A stretch of DNA of 57,926 nucleotides, the filler included, from Ionaspis alba (Eukaryota), in assembly GCA_964255285.1 (NCBI GenBank). It is 5 parts of 5 records of this genome, joined end to end, with 100 filler letters (N's around TTAATTAATTAA, not from the genome) between each part and the next. Parts side by side here need not be neighbours in the genome. Positions count along the whole stretch, not along the records: positions 46,481 to 57,926 come from CAXUUL010000553.1; 4 more parts are not named here. One strand, 5' to 3'. Every line of letters begins with the position of its first letter. Within the stretch, counting starts at the first letter, position 1. The notes under the pieces were generated by a model, which was not told where the DNA came from, searched no databases, and worked only from the letters and a program-made list of their open reading frames with translations. The translations under genes and the position numbers were made by a program. Below, in pieces: positions 48,688 through 57,926 of this stretch.

Positions 48688-51600
48688 ATGCCCATTCCAA
48701 CTCGAGTACTCCGCGCTTCCTGGTCTTCCACCTTGCAATTGCCAAAATCAGCATTCCCCCCTCGCGCAGTCATCGCAGACAGACCGAAATACTTGAAGCG
48801 ATGCACCGATGACCTCTATGCGTGGCAGCGTCACGCAACAAATCTCAATCCGCACGGGCCTACTTTCACGCTTCATGATGGACCTCCCTATGCAAATGGG
48901 AGCCTACATATTGGCCACGCCTTAAATAAGATTCTGAAAGACATTACCTGCCGGTTTCAACTTTTACAAGGGAATCGAGTGGAATACACCCCTGGCTGGG
49001 ACTGCCATGGCTTGCCGATTGAGCTCAAGGCGCTGCAGAGGCAGAAGGAGCTGGGCTACGCGGCTGAAGACAAAGTGCTAGGGGCTCTTGCTGTGAGAAA
49101 CATAGCTAGAGAGCTTGCGCTTACAGCTGTAGAGGAACAAAAGCAAGAATTTCGAGGATGGGGTATCATGGCGGACTGGGACCACGCCTGGAAGACTATG
49201 GACAAGGCATTTGAGTTAAAACAGCTGAACGTCTTCAAGAGAATGGTTCAGAGAGGGTTGGTATACCGCAGATTCAAGCCAGTGTACTGGTCGCCGTCCT
49301 CTCACACGGCTTTGGCAGAGGGAGAACTCGAATACAATCCTGACCATGTCTCCACTGCAGCCTTCATAAAATTTCCCATTGAAGCTCTGCCACCTAATCT
49401 CGTCGCCAGGCTAGGCATGACTGGAAAAGAACTCGCTGCGCTCATTTGGACCACGACCCCATGGACGTTACCCGCCAACAAAGCCATCGCTGTCCGCTCT
49501 GATCTAGAATATGTTATCGTTGAGTCCGCAGCCCACGGACCTATGTTCGTAGCTAAAGCACGAGTTGAAGAGGTTGAAAAACTATCCAGTGAGCAGCTCC
49601 CACTTTCGAAGCTGGGAACTATCCGTGGATCAGAACTTGTTGGAGCGTTGTACCATAACCCCGCCCTGGGAGACAATTCTCCTCCACAGCAGATTCTACA
49701 TGCGGATTTCGTATCCGCAGATTCCGGTTCCGGTTTGGTCCATGTTGCTCCCGGTCATGGAATGGACGACTACAAACTCGGGCAGGAGCATGGCATCAAT
49801 CCCTTCGCTCCTGTAGACGAATACGGGCGCTTCACAATCGATGCTCAGCCAGAATCACTGGTCGGTAAAGATGTACTGACGGATGGTAATAATGCAGTAC
49901 TGGATGAACTTCGGCAGCGCAGAGTGGTGCTTGTATCGTACAAGCATCGACACAGTTATCCGTACGATTGGCGGTCGAAGCAACCCATCATAACGCGAGC
50001 TACCGCACAGTGGTTTGCCAATGTGGGAGAAATCCGGGAACGCGCACTCCAAGCGCTAGACAAAGTCACCTTCATTCCTCATGGAGGGAAAGAGAGATTA
50101 TCGAGTTTTGTCCGCAATCGCTCTGAATGGTGCATCTCTAGACAACGGGCGTGGGGAGTCCCTATTCCAGCTCTGTATCACAAAGACACAGGCGAAGCTT
50201 TCTTAACATCAGAAAGCGTCTCCCATATCATTTCGGTCATACAGAAGCGAGGCATAGACGCTTGGTGGACCGATGAGGATTCTGAGGCCGCCTGGATCCC
50301 ATCCTCTCTTGAGAATGGTCCCTCTTACAGACGTGGAAAGGACACCATGGACGTTTGGTTCGATAGCGGCACAAGTTGGACACAGATGAAAGGTAATGGT
50401 GTTGCCGACGTGTATCTTGAGGGGACTGATCAGCACCGGGGCTGGTTTCAATCAAGCCTTCTTACCATGATTGCCTTTGAGACTGCATCGGATGGCTTGG
50501 CTCAACCAGAGGCACCCTACAAAACTCTTGTGACTCACGGCTTCATCCTGGATCAGTATGGAAAGAAGATGAGCAAGTCAGAAGGTAATGTGATCGCCCC
50601 TGATCAAATTATGGATGGGACTCTGCTGTCTCCTATCAAACGGAAAGGTATGAAACGTGATGGAGCATCAAGCCAAACTTTGATCTATGATGCCATGGGA
50701 CCGGACGCACTCCGCCTATGGGTTGCTGGTTGTGATTACACGAAAGATGTGATCATTGGGCCGCTGGTGCTGAAAGCTGTTAACAATAGTCTTTCAAAGC
50801 TTCGGATTACTTTCAAGCTTCTGCTGGGTCTTCTGGATAAGCACCAGGCCACTGTGCACCTAAAGTTTAATGAATTGTCCCCTATTGATCAGATTGCTTT
50901 GATACACGTTCAAAAAGTACACAGAAGTGTGCAAGGCTTCTACAAAAATCACGAGTACCACAAAGCAATTAATGCCATCAACCAATACATTAGCACCCAA
51001 TTCTCCGCCCTCTACATTGAGAGCATTAAAGATCGAATGTATGCCGACCCGGTAACTTCTCCAAGACGAAAGCAGGCTCAGATGGTTCTGTGGGAAATAT
51101 TCAAATATCTTTCAACCATGCTAGCTCCAATCACTCCACTACTGGTTGAGGAAGCTTGTGACCAACTACCAGAGGACCTTGTTTTCCATCCCGTAAGGCA
51201 AGCATGGCGAGACCAGGCCGAAAATTTTTCTGGTGTCAGCGGCCCATGGACAAACCCTTCCCTTGAGCGCGACTGGGAATATCTGCTTGCCGTCAACACG
51301 GCTGTCAAATCTGCCCAGGAACTTGCCCGTGGAGACAAAAAGATGGGCTCTTCATTACAGTCTTTCGTCATGCTTGAAGTCAAGGAACAGGTCGTTGAGC
51401 CTTCGTTCAGAGCTCTACTCCATCACCATCTCAATACGCTGGAGGATCTCCTAGTTGTGTCAGACGTTCAAGTTAGTTCCTATCCTCTTCCCCTGGCTTC
51501 CATCGATCCAGAGGCAGCCTGGAGTTATTCTGCAGAATGCATCGTCCATGGCCAGAAGGTTGTGGCATATGTTCGTTCGCCGACTAAAGAGAAGTGTGGT

Positions 51601-51711
51601 CGCTGCTGGAGGTATGCGGTCGATCCAGGGACAACGCAACGTATGAATGTGGAACCAGCAGACGCACTGTGTCCACGATGTGATGAAGTTGTCAACGGTC
51701 TTGGAGGATAG
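48688..51711 (+). CDS. ISM1: Mitochondrial isoleucyl-tRNA synthetase (bacterial type), intronless
   Basis: LHDGPPYANGSLHIGH, PGWDCHGLPIE, WTTTPWTLP, WCISRQRAWGVPIP, DVWFDSG, YLEGTDQHRGWFQS, KMSKS and a C-terminal CxxC...CPRC zinc finger. Confidence 0.96.
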   Translation: MPIPTRVLRASWSSTLQLPKSAFPPRAVIADRPKYLKRCTDDLYAWQRHATNLNPHGPTFTLHDGPPYANGSLHIGHALNKILKDITCRFQLLQGNRVEYTPGWDCHGLPIELKALQRQKELGYAAEDKVLGALAVRNIARELALTAVEEQKQEFRGWGIMADWDHAWKTMDKAFELKQLNVFKRMVQRGLVYRRFKPVYWSPSSHTALAEGELEYNPDHVSTAAFIKFPIEALPPNLVARLGMTGKELAALIWTTTPWTLPANKAIAVRSDLEYVIVESAAHGPMFVAKARVEEVEKLSSEQLPLSKLGTIRGSELVGALYHNPALGDNSPPQQILHADFVSADSGSGLVHVAPGHGMDDYKLGQEHGINPFAPVDEYGRFTIDAQPESLVGKDVLTDGNNAVLDELRQRRVVLVSYKHRHSYPYDWRSKQPIITRATAQWFANVGEIRERALQALDKVTFIPHGGKERLSSFVRNRSEWCISRQRAWGVPIPALYHKDTGEAFLTSESVSHIISVIQKRGIDAWWTDEDSEAAWIPSSLENGPSYRRGKDTMDVWFDSGTSWTQMKGNGVADVYLEGTDQHRGWFQSSLLTMIAFETASDGLAQPEAPYKTLVTHGFILDQYGKKMSKSEGNVIAPDQIMDGTLLSPIKRKGMKRDGASSQTLIYDAMGPDALRLWVAGCDYTKDVIIGPLVLKAVNNSLSKLRITFKLLLGLLDKHQATVHLKFNELSPIDQIALIHVQKVHRSVQGFYKNHEYHKAINAINQYISTQFSALYIESIKDRMYADPVTSPRRKQAQMVLWEIFKYLSTMLAPITPLLVEEACDQLPEDLVFHPVRQAWRDQAENFSGVSGPWTNPSLERDWEYLLAVNTAVKSAQELARGDKKMGSSLQSFVMLEVKEQVVEPSFRALLHHHLNTLEDLLVVSDVQVSSYPLPLASIDPEAAWSYSAECIVHGQKVVAYVRSPTKEKCGRCWRYAVDPGTTQRMNVEPADALCPRCDEVVNGLGG

Positions 51712-52160
51712 TAGTGCCTCAAACTCAACGGAGTCCTGTAAAAGAAGAATCGTGGATATCTTCTTTGGCTCGTGCTTGATACACTTGTACAATTAGACTA
51801 ATTAGATATTTCCCTTAAGACGATAATATACCTTACACAGTAGCTCAAGCCACGCAAGTTCTCTAATTCATTACTACAACCTCGATTAGCTTGCGAGGGA
51901 GAGAATGAAATGGTCGACTTCTGACTCTCGTCATCTAAGTCTGGGAAAGAACTACCACATCGCTGCTTCGATCAATTTCGCAGTATCATGGTGCTACCAA
52001 TGGTATGATAAGCAGCCTATGCGAGTCGTTTGTACTCAGTTTTTTGGTTTGTTTTGAAAGTGATAGTCCACAAGAAACAGAAATGAGCAGAAGCACAATC
52101 CACCACAATAGGCTACTTACGTCTCGCTCATCCCTTTCCCCTCTTTTTCATTCCAGTTCC

Positions 52161-54814
52161 TCAATGCCACGCTCTCCTTTCCCTAGCCATCTCCTCTCTT
52201 AAAAGTCGATTCTCGGTGTCGACTTTTCGGCTCCACTCATCTTGCTTTCCGACGGCTTCTAGCAACCACTGTCGCTGTTCCTTCAGCGCCTGGATAACCT
52301 CCTCTCTCGTTACCCTAATCTCATCTCTCAATTTCACTTCCAATTGCATAATTCGTTCCAGTATTTTCTCCTGCCCTTCCATACACTTACACGGTTTTGC
52401 ATGTAGAAGTTCAGCGCCAGATTTTGATGTGTTCTGCTTCAGCGATGGCGCTTGTAAGCCGGGGTTCAAACTTCTCTGATTTGAAGGCGATATCACGCTG
52501 TCTTTCACGTCAGACTCCCGCAAGCTCTGCATCTCCTGATTCCTGGTAACGGTGTCGTCCTCAAGCAACGTGACGCCAACACCCAATCTGGCAGCAGGAC
52601 GCCATTCGATGATCGTATCATCGGATGCTAACGACTGTGCATCTGTGGTGCGCTGAGTAGGTGCTGGAACGGGATAGACAATAGTAGGCACACGAGTCGG
52701 TCCGGCACGAACGGATTTGCGGGTACGGGACCCGGCCGACCTATCGATTATTGTGGAATTGGAGTGGGAGGTGTGGGAGGTTGCCGACTGAGCTTTAGGA
52801 GAGTCCGCTGCGTGCTTAGGAGACAGCTGTGAATCCTGCCGATAGGGCGCTCGCTCTCGCTCTGGACTCCTCTTCGGAATGATGGGAGGCTTGGCAAGAT
52901 TTCTCGTGGATGGACCTGCCTGTTGGAAGGGTTCTGATTCCGCTGCGTCGCCGCTCCTCATATGTTTAGCATAGGCCGCCGATGCGACAAGGTTCCTCGT
53001 TCTGGAGTAATTTCCTGTGGTCTTGCGCCGAGCTTTTTGAGAATTTCCAGGAACTTGTGTACTACCATGGGCACGACCAAGCTCTGCTCGATACATGGCC
53101 AATTTACCGCCAGCTCGAGGTATAGGTCTTGGCGGGATCTTGGGCGGACTGGCCGTCTTTACCAATTTTGGGACGGCTTCCGTGGGCGGATCATTGCTGG
53201 AAGATCCTGGATAAAGGTTCAGGTTGGGGTCATCATAGTGGCGCACTGGTCTTGCTTCTTCCTGACCAACTCCCCTTCTCACTGTGGTATCAGACTCAGC
53301 TGAAGTTTCCCGGTTCTTCCGACCTTCTACCACAGAAGCTGCTACTTGTGCATCCACGGCATCTGCAAGAGCACGAGCGCTTTCAATGGCTATCTTCATG
53401 GAACCGAGGGTGTGACGACGGCCTGTAGGAGAGACTGCGGCGGAATCATGTGGTCTGCCTATACGAAAGGCGGGAGTGTTAAACTGTGCTGGAAATTTAG
53501 GCTGTGATGTCTTGGGAATTTCTCTTCGTGCGGAGCTGGAGAAAGGCTCGGGAAGTTTAGTCTGCGAAAGTCTGGAGTTGATTTCTTTTTCAGTGGATTC
53601 GACTTCCCACTCGACATTCACGATCCGCACTTCTGTGCCAAAATTTCGCACATCCAGGAGATTTCCCTTAAGGTCATAGAGCAGAACTTTACCGTCTTCG
53701 CATCCGATTGCAACAATGTAACCCTCACTTGTGCTTATTCTGTGGCTTGTGTTAGAAGACATGCCATGAAGTTCACTCTTCGATGGACCTGCTTCTGCTC
53801 GAACGATCGAGAGGCTTGTAGCCGCGCTCTGAACATACCAGCTCCTGATCGCAGGATCGACAGTAGTAAAGTCGACCACACAGCACTTCCCGTCCGAGCC
53901 TGTTGAGATTGTTGCACAACCAAATCCAGGGATAAATGCAATGGCCGCGATACCGATAGCAATGTTGCCCACGGAAACTTGTCCGGTTTCGGAATCATAT
54001 CCACGAAATGGAGGGGTACAGTCTTCGTGCTGAGCCGAGACAGCAGTGCCTGCTGCGTGGAGCTTCTTCACGGAAGCAATTTCTCCACTCCCAGGCACTT
54101 CTGGTTGTACTTTATGCTCGCCCTTTCCCTCGTTCTGGAAGAAGTAGCAGGCATTATAGACAGCTAGAGTGCCATCCGAGAATCCTAGCGCAAAGAGACT
54201 ATGCCGATAGGGATGGAAAGCTGCCGCCATAGCCGGAGAGGTCGAGCAATTGGTCTGGAGGAGAACTGGGGTGCTTCCTGAAGTCGTATTCGCTATATAG
54301 ATAGTTGGTGGACTAGCAGATGCAGATAGGAGCAGCTGCGAGTTCGCAGACAATGCAAATACTGTCGGAGGGGATGGATGCGTGTGAGACGGGTCGAGCA
54401 GTTTTGCTGAATAGAGAGAATAGATTTGTACGGCGTTTTGAAGGCTCGTGGTGAAGAACAAACGCTCGCTATCTGTAGCGTACTGTAGATGACGAACGCA
54501 GCCCTGCAAAGTGTTAGATATTTGTGTCAGAGCGAAGAGGAGGTCGCGCTGACCTCTGTTCCCTTCAGCCTGTAGCTGTGACGCATCCCCTGATTGACGT
54601 CGTGCAGAATCACAACCTGACTGTCTGCTACTGCAAGGAGGCCTCTCTGGCTACCCGTCCTTTTGGCTCCTACAATTCCCCCTGATCCAGAGGAGAAGAC
54701 CTGCCCAACACCCTCAGATGTCCATGAATACACGCCTTCGTTGGTTGTGACGATCAGCTCATGAGACGACGGGAAGAACGAGCTAGAGGAGGATAATGAT
54801 CCTGTCGCCATCAT
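52161..54814 (-). CDS. WD40-repeat protein with disordered linker and C-terminal coiled coil (NEDD1/GCP-WD-like architecture)
   Basis: Exon 1 54814-54554, intron 54553-54504, exon 2 54503-52161. WD-like repeats (AAAFHPYRHSLFALGFSDGTLAVYN; STGSDGKCCVVD; VAIGCEDGKVLLYDL). Ends in heptads ...KVDTENRLLREEMARERRAWH. Confidence 0.75.
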
Positions 54815-55338
54815 ACTCAGTCGCCGCCTGCGATGAAACTCGTAACTGAGTGCATGGGCCATGGCGGACGAACAGGTGCAGGACTCGTTGCATACAAAGC
54901 CATTGATTTGTTTTACCAAGTTGCTGGCCCAATGCCGTTGTATCATCGTCGTTCGAAGAAAGAGCGATCGAGCTTTCAAACCAGTAGTTACGACCAAGAC
55001 AACTGAAGCAGTCTCCAAGCCATAAATCCTTACATTCAAAAATTCATTGACTAGACGGTTAGAAGAAGGTAATACATCTGCCCAAACCCTCAAGATAGGA
55101 CGTACATAGGAGCACGTAATTTGATATCGATCCCCCCATGTCAACCTCGTCACAGATAGCAAAGAAAGGGAAAGGCTTCCATGAACAATGGTTAGCATCT
55201 GATCACGAGAAGCAAAAGAATTGAACGAAGCAGCACCAATTGGGACAAACAATTTTGTCTAATCAGCTCTTTCACGACCACTATACATTGTAATGTACAA
55301 AAAGCGACAGTTCTAGAAAGGATAGACTCCGATTCCTT

Positions 55339-57679
55339 TCAATCCACTTTCAAGCTCTGTAGCCTCGCCTCCGTAGCCACCACCTATTGGCATCCGTCAG
55401 TGAACCTTCCCCGAATTAAGTATTCATTGGGATGATAGAATCTCACATCAAGCGCCTGTCTAACTTCCAGAACGCGTCTTACTTCTCCAAGCCAATCCGA
55501 GCTCAGCGTCTTTGCCCAACCATGGAGTCCATTCATCTCTCGCGCCGCTTCGTCCAGATTCCCTTCCTCAAGCAATGTCTCTGTTCGCGTCAAAACGCTC
55601 TCCACATCATCTCCGACAGCTCGTCCTTGCTTCTTGAATAGAAAGCGGCTGACCAACAAGCTGGCTGCGTGGCTCGCAACTCCTGCATCTTCGGGTAACA
55701 AAGCCGCTTTGCGGACCTCGCCTGCTACACGACGGAAGCGATCGATGAGTTGAGCGGAAGTGGGCACGCCACGTTGGTAAGCCGTAGGGTTTATCGAAGC
55801 TATGGCGGTGTTGACGACGGGATCATCGGCAGCGATTTCCTTGAGAGCAGCAAGCTCTTTGATGAAAGGACGAGGTCGGTCTGCGCTGTCAAGGCTAGAA
55901 CGAACTGCTTCAACAGCGACTTGAAGGTGCTGTGTTTTGAGATTTGAGTCGACCACCATGTTCCAGTCCGATGTCAGTCTTTGGAGCTCGGAAACGCTAT
56001 CGGAGAGCTGGGAGAGTTTTGAAAGCCTCCCTTCACGCTCGGTTTCGACTCGATCTTTGACGTCCGCACTAAATTGCTTCTTCATGGTGACAGCTTGTTC
56101 GAGGAGCTGATTCCGAACACGCTGCTCCGACAATTGGTTGGATCGATCAATTTCACGTTTAAGTCGTTCTTGGTAAGTTTGGGAAATCTTCTCGCGTTCA
56201 GTTTCGAATTCCTCCTTCCACTGGGCTTCCTGATCACGCATTTCAGCCTCCAGGCGACGAACAAGTTCACGAGCTGCATTGTCAAATTGTGATTGCGTTG
56301 ACTTGACTCTTTCATCCGCAGCTTTCCTCTCAGCATCTTTCAGAGCTATGATTCTGGACCCAACGCCCGCCAATTCAGTCTTGGCCTTCGTGATTGTTGA
56401 GTTGAATTTTCCAGAAGCATTATCGGCATTTACAACAGTGATAATATCATTCAAAATTTTGACCAAGTCCTGAACAAGAGGCTCGTCTGCGTTAGACACC
56501 TTGAGTGGATCGATCCTGGTGATTGGTACAAAGACACTTGGCTCATCGACCTCAGGCATTTTCTTGGTCTTTCCCACAGCATCCGCATCACTTTTGACGG
56601 CTTTCTTGGCATCGTTGGTCGGCGGCCCTGCCTTTGGTTCAGGCTTCTCTGCCCTCCCCTGCCCCGTGGCAGAAGTAGCTTTGGTCGCGGCAACAAGCGG
56701 TGGAGCTGGCGTAGCTGCTGAGCGAGGTGATGAGGAAGACGATGGGCCTGCGTCTTCTTTTGCTACATCCACTGCCTTGGTCTTCTCCGCTTTCGTGGCC
56801 TGGGAGGGATTTCGCTGTGCGTTATCAATCTTCGGCTTCGACTTGTTCTCCTCTAGAGCGCTCATATGTCGACCCTTGGTACCCAAATCGCTTCCGCCAG
56901 GATTGTCTTGATCCTCAGAGACCTTCCACGAAAGTCCACTTTTACCTGGAATGGTGACCTTTTGGCCGTTGTCCCTGGGAGACGTAGGCCGATTGGAAGG
57001 ACTTAAAGCGTTTGGAAATCGTCTTCGAAATTCTCGTTCTTCGAAATAGAGCACTGCATCTTCACCAAAAGGAATATATTCTGTGAAGAAGTCGTGAAAA
57101 TTGTCCGAGATGAGTGAGTACCAAGTCCCTCCTGCGAAGCTCAAACCACTCAGGACTAGCAGAGTCAGAAGAAACCTCCGAAAACGCCTCGGCTTCCGTT
57201 TTGGAGGTGGAGGAGGTGGAGGGCTTGGTGAGGCTAACTTTGGTGCTGGTGGTGGAGGAATTTTCGTGGGTGGAGCAGTCTGAACCTTGCCGCCAGGAGG
57301 CGGAGGAGGCACCAAGGGTACATTTGCAGGCGGTACTTCCGTGCTTGATGCTGATACAATCGGCGAAGGTATCCCTGGCGTCACAGGTCCTGGTGGAGGT
57401 GGAGTAGGCCCTACCGCCGTCTGGCTCTGAGAACCCGGAAGAACAATAGTGTTTGAATCATGTATGCTGGGTTTTGTATTTGTATCTGAGACTTTTGAGT
57501 TCGCAAGACCTCTCTGAAGACCACGCATCAGTATTCAGGCACATCCGGTTAATAATGTTGATGTCTCCTACAAGCAAAATCCTGCTACTCTGATGTCCGC
57601 ATTGCCATTGACCAGTTCGATTGAGTCGAATTGGCGCAAAGGCGACTCGTCTACCCAGCGGCGACGCTGCACGCAGCAT
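55339..57679 (-). CDS. MIC60: MICOS complex subunit Mic60 (mitofilin/Fcj1)
   Basis: Presequence exon, then a TM followed by SDNFHDFFTEYIPFGE, a long coiled coil and the mitofilin domain (LLPEDAGVASHAAS; GNLDEAAREMNGLHGWAKTLSSDWL; ATEARLQSL); introns 57571-57514 and 55446-55384. Confidence 0.95.
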
Positions 57680-57926
57680 GGTAGGCTGCTTCTAGCTGAG
57701 TAGGGAGTCGATAGTTGACAATGCGAAAGTTGGTTAATTCGATTGGCGAAGCTCTGGAGGTCAAGGTTCGGCGAAAGCTTCCTGCTAGCGTCAAAAGAGC
57801 TGCAGTCCTAACGGGGTTCTTTGGATTGGCACTGAGACTCCGCCAATGCGTACATCGCGAGGGAGCCATTTAGAAGAGCTGCCGCCATGAGGATATTCTC
57901 CGAATTTTGTGAGTAGCTAGAGCATA

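Noticed and set aside
46673..57679. ISM1 and MIC60 on one scaffold as a mitochondrial gene cluster
   Set aside because: Two housekeeping genes separated by an unrelated gene; expected by chance given how many nuclear genes serve mitochondria.

Overview
Gene-dense DNA from a filamentous ascomycete (Pezizomycotina; a lichen-forming Lecanoromycete is plausible but is inference), with short GT-AG introns. The window is not one locus. Four identical 100-nt spacers (44 N + TTAATTAATTAA + 44 N) divide it into five segments of 11565, 11539, 11488, 11488 and 11446 bp, which looks like unlinked scaffolds concatenated in order of size. Gene neighbourhoods across those spacers should not be trusted. Twenty protein genes are supported: an F-box/WD40 protein, two MFS transporters, a GT2-like protein, IDI1, a PD-(D/E)XK-like protein, a GNAT, MLH1, NUP120, IML2, SEM1, PGK1, PUF6 (partial), a Q-rich hypothetical protein, MRPS9, eEF1B-gamma, an orphan membrane protein, UPF0183/PHAF1, mitochondrial IleRS, a NEDD1-like WD40/coiled-coil protein and MIC60. 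The best hidden signals are: a cryptic intron over the PGK stop codon that would give a peroxisomal ...ASRL (PTS1) isoform; a snR38-type C/D snoRNA in an eEF1B-gamma intron; a candidate fungal NEDD1/GCP-WD; an intron 3' end that is a synonymous tandem copy of the next exon start; and an intron-containing leader upstream of an uncharacterised Q-rich gene. I found no CRISPR array, tRNA, rRNA or intact mobile element, and no convincing new multi-gene system.
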